A stretch of 63,750 nt of DNA, the filler included, from Xylographa opegraphella (lineage: Eukaryota), in assembly GCA_022813865.1 (NCBI GenBank). It is 6 parts of 6 records of this genome, joined end to end, with 100 filler letters (N's around TTAATTAATTAA, not from the genome) between each part and the next. Parts side by side here need not be neighbours in the genome. Positions count along the whole stretch, not along the records: positions 32,823 to 43,424 come from JALDZX010000173.1; positions 43,525 to 53,593 come from JALDZX010000175.1; 4 more parts are not named here. The stretch is one strand, 5' to 3'. Each line of letters opens with the position of its first letter. Positions within the stretch are counted from its first letter, which is position 1. The notes beneath the pieces are model-generated. The model made no database searches. It was not told where the DNA came from and saw only the letters and a list, made by a program, of their open reading frames with translations. Made by a program: the position numbers and the translations under genes. This document shows positions 39,058 to 52,667 of this stretch, one piece after another.

Positions 39058-40956
39058 ATGGACAAAAACGCTCAGGTTGCCAAAGCAATTCAGGCTGCTC
39101 CATTGCTCAAGCCAGTCAGAGATGTTGAATTTGGCTGTGGTCTGTTTTGTCTCATCAGAAATCAAGCATGTTATAACGTCGTCGTAGAACATCTCCAAGA
39201 GTTTATGTCCGCGAAGCCGGACGTGGCCGAGAAGCTTATCAACGCATACACCAACCTGCAAGGATTGCTCGCCAGACCTCTTGAGGTACAAACCACCAAG
39301 GATCCAAAAGACCCGAACAAGAAAGCTGTGACGATGCTCAGGCCAACATATTCGTGCTTACAATGCAACACTGTCTCCTCGGTGGAAGATAGAGAGCTTC
39401 ATGGTCATGAGAAGAGACACCGGTTGTGTATGGGATTTCTTATTATGACCTGAACTTCCTTACTGACGGTACAAGCGATCGAGAGCCGCTCAGGATGTCT
39501 ATACTGTGGCATGTGCGATGATTTCGTGTATGATCCAACTTTCGAAAAGATCCGTATAGAGCAGAGCCATCCAACGACAAGCAGTGAGTCATGAACACCA
39601 GAAATTATGCTCTAATACTGACCGCCCTGGATTAAGACGGACGTAAGCGTAAACTCAGCACCCATTATTACCAAGGCGAGGAAGACAAATTTGTATTTCC
39701 AAACTCGAATGTGCTGTCATGCTTGGCTGGGGCTCCGAGGGGCATGATAAATCTTGGACAGACTTGTTACATGAGTGTCATCCTGCAAGCTATGATGCAC
39801 AATCCCTTGATGCGAAACTTTTTCATGTCCGAAAGACACGGAGATCCCAAAAAATGTCCATTGAAAAATGGGGAGGACTGTACAGCCTGTGCAATGGCTA
39901 CCTCTTTCATTGATATTCTAGCAACAGAGAAGATTGAAGGACATGGCCCAACTGAGCTACTCCACAAGTCTTGGCTGAAGAACTCCGTAAGACTATGTTC
40001 GATCACTGCTCAGCTGTACTCAATCTGATTTTTTGTTCAGACTCTCGCGGGCCACCATCAACAAGACGCGCATGAATTCTTCCAGTCGCTTCTAGATCAA
40101 CTTCATAATTCCTGTGGCTGTGTGGCGCAGGTTTATAAACCTTGTGAATGTCTCTATCACAGGACCTTTTACGGAAAGCTTCGCAGCACTATGACCTGCC
40201 TATCATGCAAGAACGTGACCGTTTCAGAAGACCCTATCGTCGACTTGAGCCTTGATATCCGCCAGCAAATTAAGCGAAGAAAAGCGGACGCAAAGGCGTT
40301 CACTGGCGAGATCCCGTTAGAGTTGTCAACTTGCCTGAAAAGTTTCACGAGTCCGGAGAAATTAGGTGTGGATGCATACACGTGCAGATCAGCTCAGTGC
40401 GAGAATACGCCACAGCGAACAAAGAAACACATGACGATCAAGAAGTTACCGCCCACAGTGTGTATACAGTTCAAGGTTGGTGGTTTATTTCTGAATGGCT
40501 ATCAACATAGATTAAAGCTGCTTGCAGAGATACGAGCACAATAAGGGCAATCCTCAGAAGCTGAATACGAAGGTCAATTTCCCTCTGCAACTCGACATGT
40601 CACCTTACACTTCGCGCGCACATCGTAGGAAGCAACCCTCCGAAAATCAGGCGCTATCGCCGTTACCGGTCTTACCACTTGTCCAGCGATCGCCAGGTTG
40701 GTATGACCTCTCCACAGTTGTGGTTCATGAAGGGGAAGAAGTGACGGGTGGACATTACTATTGCTTTTGCCGCCGAGAAGATCAGTGGTTCAAATTCGAT
40801 GATCACAGAGTCACTCTAGTAACCGAAGCCCAGGTCTTAGACGCCAATGCATATATCCTTTTCTATATCATTCGACATCTGGGATCTACTACAGAAAAGA
40901 TCGCTACCACGGAAAACTCAAACATAGTAGCGGGGAATGCCATTGAAGGAGGTTAA
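39058..40956 (+). CDS. UBP8: Ubiquitin-specific protease with N-terminal zf-UBP, Ubp8-like (SAGA DUB module); multi-exon
   Basis: zf-UBP (GCEHL after splicing, CLQC, CLYCGMCDDFVYD), Cys box GMINLGQTCYMSVILQ, QDAHEF, His box VVHEGEEVTGGHYYCF, WFKFDD, AYILFY. Confidence 0.88.
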
Positions 40957-41557
40957 GACCATTCACTACGCCCAGAACAATTCGTGGCAGAATCGTTCGG
41001 GCTCCAAGCAAAACGTCGATTGTGAATTGTATGGTTATCAACGCAAGAGATATTGCTTTTTTTCTGCTCGCTTAAAGTGCAGGAATTCGATACCCTAGTG
41101 CAGGCTGATCCACTTTGGGGCGAAATTAATTATGCGTGTGGTGTCACTTTGCGCCGGTTTTACCAGTGATATCATGTTGCGAATCTTTGCAAAAAGCGAA
41201 TCTTCTACTGATCAAATGACACCGCAGCCTCCCCCCTATTTCATTTATTATTGACTTCCTTAAAACTTGATGATGGTGTACACTCTCAACGCAACAAAAG
41301 ATAAGTGGAAATCTTTTTCTAGACCCTCGGGGCGCTGCGAAACACGTTTCCATGGGAAGAGACATAGCAACTCGTGGCGTAATTTTGCCTCGAGATCTGG
41401 TGTTCTTTATGATTTGCCTAATGAATCCCGCAATAATTCTACAATGACTTGGCCCTAATTTTGTGGTTGATAACTTTTTACCAAGCAGCTGGCGGGAACC
41501 TCACTCTTGTGACTTCAACGCCATCGCAGATAGAAATCATCCAGAACACCAGATATC

Positions 41558-42347
41558 TCACTTCGAAACCCTCTCTTTCACTTTTGCTAATCCACTTCCC
41601 CTACCAACTCGTCCCAGGCTACGCGCGATACTTACTCGACCGGCGATGCTGCCACTCCTTGACAGTCCGGAAGTATGTCGTTCAGGCGGTGCAGGTGTTG
41701 CAATTTTGGAGGAAAACCTTGAAGATACAGGCGGGTTATCTACAAAGGACGTGTCCGTTGTGCTTGGTCCTTGTTAGTTTGCTGTGTCTGAGCAATCGCC
41801 CGCTCTAGTAACGTACAGAAAAGTAGCTTCTGCATCAAACTCAGGACGGTTATCTGTCGCTGAAGACTGCATGTTGTCTAAGGTTGATAAGCCGTTGGTG
41901 AAGAAAGATCTACATTGTTGCATTTACTGACTCACTGAGTCTTCACTACCCTTTGCACGCCTAAAAGAATCGGATATAGGAGCCTGATTTCCACCTTTAG
42001 CACCCCATACCTTTCCTTGGAAACACTGTACCGACTTCTGGAAAATCTACGCAGAAAGCGTTCATATTCAAACCGTATAGGAAACTTGCGAAGCTTTCGC
42101 TAAATCTTGACAGGCTCTCATGCATAAGTTGGAGATGCATGAAGTTTGCTTCCAGATCTGCCATCGAGTCCGAAAGCTCCGCGAACGCTGGCTCCAGTGC
42201 CTCTAGAGGAAAAGATGACGAGGTATAAATGCTGCCGTGGCCATGGATGTTACGGAGAGATGTACGTGAGCCAGGACGGAGAGGAGTGGTGGGGCGGGAG
42301 GAGGTGGGGGGATGTGAATTGTGTCTTTCCACGGAGGTACCTTCCAT
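41558..42347 (-). CDS. DAM1: DASH/Dam1 kinetochore complex subunit Dam1; three introns
   Basis: RPTTPLRP, LEPAFAELSDSMADLEANFMHLQLMHESLSRFSESFASFLYGLNMNAFCVDFPEAP, ATFLTTDTSFVDNPP. Confidence 0.92.
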
Positions 42348-42955
42348 TTCGGAAGAGTGATAGTCGAGAGATACTGCATGGAAGTCTGCACTCAGACACT
42401 CAGATTCCAGATCAATCTTGGTGTCGCTCTGGAGGGTTACAATCGTGCATGATGAAACTGATGTCGGGAAGGGAGCCCGGCGAGCGTGGGACGCGGGGAG
42501 CGCTCGAGCCTGGTCATAGCGTCAATCGCTTTCGCCAAACTAATCTCGCGTTATACGTTTATATAATATCTTATAAAAATTTTTAATTTATTTTTAAAAA
42601 TAATATTGATTTATTGTTTATATTAGATACGCGTTTATTTACGATTTATAACCTTTTTTCGCGTATATTACGTAATATTTATACTTTGAACTTTTTTATA
42701 TAATTTTATCTCGTAACTATTTTCGTATTTCTAGTAAAAAAGGGGTTCGTATATATTTTCTTTATATATTCCTATTTATAATAATTATGATATTGTAGTA
42801 TTTCATACTTTTTTAAAAATATTTATATTCGTATTTTTAATATTATTTTAATAACTCGTAATTTAATGTATTACTAATTATCGTTTCGTTGATTATTTTT
42901 ACGATAATTAATAGAAGCTTTTTGCCGTTTTTAAAAAATTTTTTAATTCAAATTA

Positions 42956-43424
42956 CATCAGCAAAAAGGAAAAACGAAAATTTGATCAAAAAATATACTT
43001 TTTGCGCAAAAAGCAAATTTACAGTGTTACGGCTCATCAACTCACCACACAAGCACGCCTAGAACGTAAGCTTTAGGTGGACGATTTCAACCCAGATTAA
43101 GATGGAGAAGCGATGAGGCTGCTCCATNNNNNNNNNNNNNNACTCAAGGTGCTAGTCCTGATCCAGCCCGACCCCTATTACTTGTGACTGATGTCATAAT
43201 CGTCACATACAGAAATTGTACAAAATCCTTAATTTTTATATATAAAAAAATACTTTTTGCGTATTTGATACGTTTAATACGTTTAACAACTTTTTTACCA
43301 AATTAAAAAATTAAAAAATCAAAAAAAAATGATTTAAAATATTTAATTCGCTTAAAAATTTATTTAAAATGTATTTAAAATGTATTTAAAATGTATTTAA
43401 AATGTATTTAAAATGTATTTAAAA
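42956..43424. mobile_element. Non-autonomous TIR element (CATCAGCAAAAAG terminus) carrying a family B solo LTR at 43025-43207
   Basis: Homologous to 56872-57572; LTR flanked by TSD TACAG; ends in (TTTAAAATGTA)n at the scaffold edge. Confidence 0.75.
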
Positions 43425-43524
43425 NNNNNNNNNNNNNNNNNNNNNNNNNNNNNNNNNNNNNNNNNNNNTTAATTAATTAANNNNNNNNNNNNNNNNNNNN
43501 NNNNNNNNNNNNNNNNNNNNNNNN
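43425..43524. other. Artificial scaffold linker
   Basis: N44-TTAATTAATTAA-N44. Confidence 0.97.
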
Positions 43525-43587
43525 TCACGACCGGGCGCTAGTCCCCTAGTGTCTTAGCCCTACCCTGAGAAGGTGAGAACCTTAACA

Positions 43588-44132
43588 AATAGCAGGAAAC
43601 GATATTCCTTTCCTCGTTACTGATGGTGCTGGAGAAGCAAGGAGAGACAGATGTGGATTGCCATATATTCGGACCTACGAAAAGGACTGGAGATTCTTAT
43701 TTATAGATCATTTACAGAATAACAGAAACGAGCAAGCGGAAGGGATTACATCCTTCTTCCAACTCAGATCAGTATATTTAAAATTCTACGGTATACCAGA
43801 ATTAGGCGATACTCATATAGAAAATAACATAGAGCAAAGGGAAAGTACACTAGGCGCGATAATGCAAGAGACTAAAGAACAAGGACCTCCATTGAATGAG
43901 GGGGAATAGTCACAAAGACCCACTTCAGACGCAAGCATGCTGGAGGAGTGTGACGGCTATGACATCAGTCACAGGTAATAGGGGTCGGGCTGGATCAGGA
44001 CTAGCACCTTTAGTATATAGTCTCGCCCATGGAGNNNNNNNNNNNNCTTCTCCATCTTAATCTGGGTTGAAATCGTCCACCTAAAGCTTACGTTCTAGGC
44101 GTGCTTGTGTGATGAGTTGATGAGCCGTAACA
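43588..44132 (+). mobile_element. 3' end of a family B LTR retroelement: internal sequence, PPT and 3' LTR (43949-44132); preceded by a family E-like LTR end (43525-43587)
   Basis: Purine tract GGAGGAG directly before TGTGACGG; no TSD; internal region has normal GC content. Confidence 0.75.
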
Positions 44133-44744
44133 TTAGAAGGTTTTATTAAATAAATTTAAGACATTAAAAAAAGAATTTAAAAAAATTCAAAAATAAAACC
44201 TTAAAACAATTATTAATAAAGTTTACGACTTTTTTACGCTTGTTTTTTTAAAAGCCTTGATATTTAATATTTTTAAGTAAATATTTTTTTAAACAATTTA
44301 TTTTGTAATAGCCAGCTCCTTTTCGAATTTAATTTAAAATAATTTTTTGTTAATTTATTTACAATAAAAAATAATCATATAATAATATTAATTCTTTAAC
44401 TTTTTTTAATAAATTTTTTAACTTTTATTTAAACTCGATTTGCATCGATAATGATTAACGAATAAAATAATTTTAATTTTAATATAATTTATATGATAAT
44501 TTAAATTAATAAATACTTAGTAAAATAGTTTATTTTTTATATATTTATCGTAAAAAATATATTACGATTTTCTTTTCTATACGAATAACCGCGATTTATT
44601 ATTTTTTATAATATAATTTAATATTTTATTTTTAAACATTATTAAAAAAAATTTAAAAATAAAAAAATTTAAAAAAATTTAATTTTAAAGTTTTTACCTT
44701 TTTAAAGTAAGTTAAAAACGTTAAAGAATTAACGTTCGATAAAA

Positions 44745-45046
44745 AACGACTCGATTTTAATTGCCCTTCGTTATTTTTTTATACTTCTATAAGGGGTATT
44801 TAAAGGTATAAAAATTATTTTAAATAAAATTTTTATGTGAAATAAAGGATTTCCTTTATAATAAAAAACGTATTTAACTTATACTATAATCTGGCTTATA
44901 AAATAAGAAAATTTTAATATAAACTTTATACGAAAACTATTATCTTTTTAAAAATAATAAGCCTGTTACTGTGCCTTCCTATTCATTCATTGACGAATCC
45001 AACCCAGATCCTTGATTAAGCTGTACCAGTGAGATTCATCGTAACA
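44745..45046 (-). mobile_element. Family E-related LTR, partly RIP-mutated, ending 90 bp before the FYV10 ATG; left limit approximate
   Basis: CATTGACGAATCCAACCCAGATCC shared with 1-62, ends CGTAACA; more decayed homologues near 26985-27215 and 57960-58247. Confidence 0.72.
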
Positions 45047-45136
45047 TTTAGCGCCCGAAGTTCGATTTGAACCCACTCATCCTTATAGCAGCTCCGCTGC
45101 AATCAGTCATATGTTCTTCTTTTTGAAATTAGCATC

Positions 45137-46494
45137 ATGACGGAGCTCACTACCACCAAGCTGAATGCCGAAAGCCATCTCCTCCTAGTAGACGTTCTAC
45201 CAGTACAAGTCAATGTTCCACTGACCGCCTTTGACAGGAACAACCACTCCTTCGTCTCCCTTACGAGCTCTCCCGTAAGAATTTCAAATGCTTACAGCGC
45301 TCCTTCGAACGAGAACAAAGTCATGTCCTCGCCGCACTTAAGTCCACCGCCAATGGTGTCCTCACTGGCCAACCTGTATCGCAAACCCTGTTGTCCCTCG
45401 GCAGCATGATAAGTCGCCTGCAAGGATTCCAACGGAAGATGCAAAGCCTCCAAGAGGAAGAAAAGGTGCTTTCAGAGCACTCCCGCAAGCGTATACAGCA
45501 TCTTAAAGACCTATACGAAATACCCAGCTTGGCTGACGTGAAGTATGATGAGTGGTCTCGCATCAGGCTGGACAGGCTTCTGGTGGACTATCTTTTAAGA
45601 AGTGGGTATACCGAGAGTGCCAGGGCTTTAGCTAGGGAGAAGGGTATCGAAGCTTTGGTGGATTTGGATGTCTTTGTGCGATGCCGCCAGATTGAGGAGA
45701 GCCTGAGGAACGGGAACATGGCAGAAGGACTGACCTGGTGTCAAGAGCATAAGCCAATTATGAAGAAGACTAGTGTATAATGATATCGTGATGAATCACA
45801 CGTATATCTGCTGACACGCTGTACCAACAGAACAACCTTGAATTTCAACTACGTTTGCAGCAATATATAGAAATCAGGCGAGATGGGAAACTACTCGCCG
45901 CACGACAGCATGCACAACGGTATATTGCTCCACATACCGATAGCCACTTTGCGGAGATACACACGGCAGCGGCACTACTTGCATTTCCTCCAGACACAAC
46001 AGCAGAGCCTTACAAGGTGTGTCCAGTACAAGGTATGAATACATACCTACTGATTCGCTCCACAGTCAATGTACTCCTCTTCTCGATGGAGCGACCTCGC
46101 AAATCTGTTCATCAAGACGCATCATGAGCTGTTTTCATTACCATCTCAACCACTTCTCCATATCGCACTCTCTGCGGGTCTTTCGGCCCTCAAGACACCT
46201 TCATGCCACTCCGCATATGCAAGCAGCAGCTCAAATGCTGGCTCATCTACCACTACCCTCTGTCCCATCTGCTCTACCGAACTCAACGAGCTCGCACGAG
46301 GTCTTCCCTATGCGCATCACACTAAGAGTTATGTCGAGAACGATCCGGTGGTCCTTCCTAATGGCAGGATATATGGGCGAGAGCGTCTAATGCAGATGAG
46401 CGCCAAAATTGGGCTTGAAAACGGAAAGGTCAAAGATCCTACGACTGGCGAGATCTTTGAGGGTACTAAGGTTCGGAAAGTTTATATATCGTAG
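45137..46494 (+). CDS. FYV10: GID/CTLH E3 ligase subunit Fyv10 (Gid9/MAEA); four exons
   Basis: EQPLLRLPYELSRKNFK, LisH (RLDRLLVDYLLRSGY), CTLH, LSAGLSALKTPSC, CPICSTELNELARGLPYAHH, VVLPNGRIYG. Confidence 0.93.
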
Positions 46495-48926
46495 GCAGTT
46501 GCGGATTTGAAGCAGAGTTGGCACATGGGTATAACTTAATACTTTCACGAGGCCTTGAATGCGAAATTTAAAGTTTCAACTTAACGTGCTTTATATTATT
46601 TATCGACTGAATTCAGGAGAGTTTACTTTGAAATCTTGAGAATGAAAATTAATTTCATTTCAAATAATGTAAATTTTGACAAAAAGATAAATGTAATATA
46701 TAAAACTCGAAAATATAAAACCAATTTTATTAAAAATAAAGAAATATTCAAAACGAAGCTTTAAACGTATTTCATATTTAAAAAAAATATAATTTAACTT
46801 ATTGAAAATATAAAAAATGATTTATTGTAAAAATTCAAAAAAAGAATTCGTTAAATAATTATAAAATATTGATTAAACGAAATATCAATTAACGTTTTAT
46901 TTTATATATAATAATAAAATTATTTATAAAAAATTTATCGTTTTCGTTAATATTATATATAAATTTAAACTTTATCATTTATTCAGTTTTTTAATATTCC
47001 GCGTTTTATTAATTTTAAATTATAATTTACTCGTTATTTTATTTTCTCGTATTTTCAATTAATTTAATAATATATTACGTACATTAATTATATATCGACG
47101 ATAATAATTCTTGAAAAATATTCAAATAATTATTTATATTTTAGGAATATATATAACGTTAAATTTACGTCAGTTTTTCTTGCAATAAATTTTTTTTTAA
47201 AAATTTTAAATTAAAGATCTTTAACTAGTTAAATATTGAATAATGATCAAAAAATTACGAACGTTATACAAACGCGTTTGTTAATATTATTTAAAATTAA
47301 TTTTTATTATAAATTTTTTAATAATAAAAATTAAATGATTTTCGTCATTAATAAAAAAAATTCTTGCTTAAAATTTAAAGTTTTACGAGTCGCTCATATA
47401 GCGCGAAAGGTATATTTTTTACGCGTTTAATATATTTATGCTACGGCATGAATTGAGTTAACCTACTGAATTATGGGTTAAATTGGGTTTAAAATGGGTT
47501 TTAAATTGAATTAAAATGAGTCGCAATTCAACTCAAAATTTGAGTTTAAATTTTAAATTAAATTAAATTAGTTTAATTATAAAATTATATAAACGCAGAT
47601 TTGGTATAAGTTTTATAAAAAATTATAGAATATTTCGTTTCCAAATTCGAATAATTTAAACTATATCGAGATTTATTATAAAAACTATTATAAATTATAT
47701 ATTTCATTTTTAATAATTATTTTCGATTATTTTCTGCGAGTTCGAAAGTATATTATCGTTTAATAATTTTTTTGCATTTGAATTATTTAATTTGATATTT
47801 TCTGTTTATATATAATTATTTATAATGATCGCCGTTTATTTTTTACTTTTACAAAGTTTGATTTTATTAAATAATATTTTAATTTACTTTTAATAATTTT
47901 ACGTTTTACATTATTTAATAATAATATCGATGCCTGCGAACTATTTAAAATTTCGTTAGTTTTTTTTATTAATCTTTAAATTGCTTAAATTAATCAAAAA
48001 ATGACTAAAGAATTAATAAATATTATTAATATTATAAATACTTCAATTACTATACGTATTATTCGGCTTCTTTTCTTTTTTTAAGTTATTAAAAAAGTTT
48101 TTGCGTTGTAATTTTTCGTAAGTAACGTAACGGCTTAACCTAAATAAATATTATTAATATATTTAATTATTATAAATATTAAAAAATTATAATTTTATTT
48201 AAATTAAATATTAAATTTAAAGGTTTTAAGTGTACGATATCGTATTTATTTTTTATTTTAGATACTTTTTCGTTTATAAATATAAAAGTTAAGGTTCGCT
48301 AAAAATATAAGCGTTTAATATTATTATTCGTAGGTATTTTTAATAATAACGACTGCGATAATTTTATTATTTTTATATCATTAACCATATACTGCGTAAT
48401 TTATATAGTATTTAATTCCCGCTTTCGAATTTTAAGTTTTAAAACGATATTATAAATAAACGTATTATTAATTACATTTAATTCGTTAATTATAAATAAA
48501 AGTATTCCATTTTGCTGTTATTCGTAATATTGAATTATTATATATATAGTAAAGATTTTAAAGCGATACTATTTTCGTTAATAATTATACATATATTTAG
48601 TATCGTTAAATAAACGTTTATATTTTACCTTAGCGGCAGGTACTGCGAGATTATTACGCGTTATTTTTATAAAACGTAACGTATATTTTTTGAGTTTTTT
48701 ATATATTTAAAATACTTTTATTGGCAAAACCTTTAATTAGTATTAAAAAAATTTAATATGAAACTGAACTGCTATAAAGATTGCTATAATTTATAGAAAT
48801 TTATATATATTAAAAGTTTACTTTTATTTAATTTATTTAAAAATATTAATAAATTACGTATTTTCGACTTCGAAATTAAAGCTAATACGGGTGTTCGAAC
48901 GTTATTTAAATTTTTATCATATAAAA

Positions 48927-49116
48927 TGTTGAATTTAATCACTAGGCACAGGGGTTTTGGCAGCAGATAGCAGTGCATTGCTTAATCACTAAGAAGGTGA
49001 AGAGTTCTCTAGAAGCGGAAGCTTCAGAAGACTCTTCGAGTCCGGTACTAAGCTAGTCCTAATTGGCTATAGTACAAGCCGACAACACAGGCTGCTAACC
49101 CCCTGGATTTTCAACA
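48927..49116 (-). mobile_element. Copia LTR family C (190 bp)
   Basis: Near-identical to 1471-1660 and to the reverse complement of 53992-54181; TG...CA ends. Confidence 0.9.
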
Positions 49117-49685
49117 ATAATGAATTAAAAATATATAAAGTAATTAATCGCAAAAAATTAATTATTTTATTTTGATAATCGTTTAGCGTAAGAAGGAGAA
49201 AACAAATTTTTTATTTTAATATCGAATTTTCCGTAGTATTTTAAATTAAATTTACGTTATTTTAATTCGCGATTTTCGTATAATAAATATAAAATATTTA
49301 AGATAATCGATTTTAAAAAATTATAAAAGTTTAAAACGTAAAAAATAATTTATTTCAATAATCGCCTAGCGTAGTCGGGGAAAAACGCCATTTTTCTTTA
49401 AATATCGAATTTTAAAACCTCGTTTCAAATCTCGTATAAATATAAAAAAATCAAATAAATGAATAAACGTATTAAATACGATTTTTATACGATTTTACGA
49501 TATATACTAATTTTTTATTAGTAACATATAATAAATAAATATTTAATATTGTTAAACGTAAATTAATTATTAAGGCTCAGGCTTTTTCATTAAAAATATA
49601 AAATACGCAAAAATAATATTTTATTAAATTCGAAAAACGACTTTTAAAAACGATTTTCATTAAATATAAAGAGAGTCAACGGGAT

Positions 49686-50359
49686 TATCAGCAAAAAAAA
49701 TTAATGCTTAAAATCTAATGTTTTACGAGCCGTTTATATAACGCGAAAAGTTTACTTTTTGTATTTTTAATATATTTAGAACATTTAACACGTTCAATAT
49801 ATATTTTTATGTTTAATATTATTAATAAATATTTTATATATTCGAAATACGTTTAAAATACGTTTTTAATATTGTTTTTAAAAAATAATTAAAAATAAAA
49901 CGAATTTTAAATTTTTAAGTTAACGAATATTACTCGTCAATATTTATTAACGTTGTAATTTTACGAATATTCAACGTAATTTAAAAATTTTAACGAATTT
50001 GAATTTTTATAAAAAATTGATTTAATTATATATTTATACTATTTATATAAATTTAGTGAAATACTCGCTTAAATATGTAAAACAAATTTCGAATATTTTT
50101 TTCGTTTAATTTGTTTTATTTATTTTTAATAATTTTTAAATATACTTTTAAGCGAGTTAATAATTTTGAATTTTTTTTTAAATTTTTTAATTTAATAAAA
50201 TTTTTGTTAAACGTGTTAAATATATTAAATTCATCAAATACGCAAAAAATTTATAAAAAACATGCAAAAATTTTAAATTTTAAATTATTTGTATTGATTT
50301 ATTTTTTTGCGCAAAAAGTATATTTTTAATTATATTTTTGCTTTCCCTTTTGTTTAATG
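49686..50359. mobile_element. RIP-decayed copy of the CATCAGC TIR element (reverse orientation)
   Basis: TATCAGCAAAAAAA start; GCGCAAAAAGTATA...CCCTTTTGTTTAATG end; aligns with 56872-57572. Confidence 0.65.
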
Positions 50360-50628
50360 AAAATTATAAATTCAAAACTCGTTTTAAATATTATTTTATC
50401 ACTTTAATCACATTTTATAGTTTATAATTTATTATTTAAACTTTATATTCATTACGAATTGAATATATATTATTATATTAAATTTTTTATAAATTTCAAA
50501 TATAAATTCTATTGTTATACGATTATAAAATTTTATTTCGAGCCCATTATTAATCGATAATCGAATATTTAAATCGATGGATTAAATATTATTTTAATCG
50601 AATATTATATTTAATTTTACGTAACTTT

Positions 50629-50812
50629 TGTGACGGCTCATCAACTCACCACACAAGCACGCCTAGAACGTAAGCTTTAGGTGGACGATTTCAACCNNNN
50701 NNNNNNNNNNNNNNNNNNNNNNNNNNCTCCATGGGCGAGACTATATACTAAAGGTGCTAGTCCTGATCCAGCCCGACCCCTATTACCTGTGACTGATGTC
50801 ATAGCCGTCACA
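50629..50812 (-). mobile_element. Solo LTR family B
   Basis: TSD ACTTT; near-identical to 59526-59708. Confidence 0.9.
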
Positions 50813-51075
50813 ACTTTAAAGTAATTTATATAATCAACGTTATTTATATAATCTGTATAATAATGTCATGTTTTTTATACATTTGTATTACACTCAGTAA
50901 TTATTTGCATTATGACATATTGTTACATAATTAAATACATTGTAACACTCGGTAACGGAGTCTAGCCCGAGCGGAACTATGTGCACCTTCGAAACACCAG
51001 CTTTTAACCCCTTCAACCTGGAGCAGCAATTTACGGACTTGAACTTCGTTCAAGTCCCCTACCATTTTTCCAAAA

Positions 51076-52667
51076 ATGGCTCCAATCCTTCGATTGAATG
51101 CTCGTCACCGGCTTTCAACCCGCCTACCAGTCACTCGTGCTATAACAACTTCTTCTAGGCCTGCCGCCAACATTGCAACCGCGATACTGCAGGACAGTAA
51201 CTCGAACGAACATGCAGCCTTCTTTCCAGATGAACCAAAAGCTCCTCGGATTATGACTGCGATTCCAGGTCCAAAGAGCAAGATGGTTATAAAAGAGCTG
51301 GATAAGGTGTTCGACACGCGCAGCCTGAACATGCTGGCTAACTACCAGAACAGCTTTGGCAATTATCTTGCTGATTTAGATGGAAACGTCCTTCTCGATG
51401 TGTACGCCCAAATCGCATCGATTCCAGTTGGATACAGTAACCCTAATCTTCTGCACGCGGCCACGTCACCGGACATGGCTAGTGCACTTATTAATCGCCC
51501 GGCTCTCGGAAACTTCCCCCAGCATGACTGGACTTCTATTCTGAAGAGTGGAATCCTGAAGGTTGCACCCAAAGGTCTCGATCAAGTCTTCACAGCTACA
51601 GCCGGCTCAGATGCCAACGAGACTGCCTACAAAGCTGCCTTTATGTACCGTCGACGCCAGGAACGTGGCGGCGCGGACGTCGAGTTCACCCAAGAAGAAA
51701 TATCGTCCTCCATGAACAATCGATCACCTGGTTCTCCTCAACTCTCTATTCTTTCCTTCAAACAAGCTTTTCACGGCCGACTTTTTGGGTCGCTTTCTAC
51801 GACTCGCAGCAAACCCATCCATAAGCTTGACATTCCCGCTTTTGATTGGCCTCAGGCGGCTTTTCCTCGTCTAAAATACCCTCTACCGGAATTTACAACG
51901 GAAAACGCCGCAGAAGAGAAGCGGTGTCTCGAAGAGACAGAAAATCTGATCCGGTCTTACCACAATCCAGTTGCAGCTGTCGTAGTTGAACCCATTCAGT
52001 CGGAAGGCGGTGACAACCATGCCTCTCCTGCATTCTTCCGAGCTCTTCGCGAGATCACAAAGCGCAACAACGTTCTCATGATCGTCGACGAAGTCCAAAC
52101 CGGTGTCGGGGCAACTGGCAAGTTTTGGGCTCACGATCACTGGGACCTGGCGGAACCGCCAGATATGGTTACATTCAGTAAGAAGGCGCAGGCAGCGGGT
52201 TACTATTTTGGCAACCCTGACCTCCGGCCTAACAAGCCCTACCGACAGTTCAATACCTGGATGGGGGACCCAGCGCGTGCCATCTTGTTTCGCGCGATTA
52301 TTGAGGAGATCGAACGACTAGATCTGGTTAAAAACACAAAGCACACCGGCGAGTATCTATACTTGGGTCTCGAGCGACTGGCGAACCAGTACCCACACCA
52401 GATACAAAACCTGAGGGGCAAAGACCAAGGAACGTTCATTGCCTGGGACAGCCCAGCAAGAGATGTCTTCTTGAAGAAGGCAAAATACGAGGGAATCGTT
52501 ATTGGAGGGAGCGGAGAGCAGGCCATCAGACTGCGGCCAATGCTGATTTTCCAAAAGCATCATGGTGAGCCTCTTTGGTGCTTGCAATCCCTAAGACGTG
52601 ATATACTGATAATTTATTCATAGCCAATATACTGCTCGAGGCTATCGAGAAACTTATTATATCTTGA
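51076..52667 (+). CDS. UGA1: 4-aminobutyrate aminotransferase (GABA transaminase); exons 51076-52564, 52624-52667
   Basis: DVYAQIASIPVGY, FHGRLFGSLSTTRSKPIHKLDIP, EPIQSEGGDNH, IVDEVQTGVGATG, PLP lysine in TFSKKAQ; mitochondrial-type presequence. Confidence 0.96.

Noticed and set aside
41267..41808. Plus-strand ORFs between UBP8 and DAM1
   Set aside because: Largely antisense to the DAM1 last exon and 3' region; no recognisable motifs
46600..50500. AT-rich tracts as mitochondrial insertions or centromere
   Set aside because: They contain decayed transposon termini and nested LTRs, with no mitochondrial gene motifs; centromere status cannot be judged from 10-kb scaffolds
22595..52667. Metabolic cluster linking GAL7, UGA1 and other genes
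   Set aside because: The genes lie on different scaffolds joined artificially
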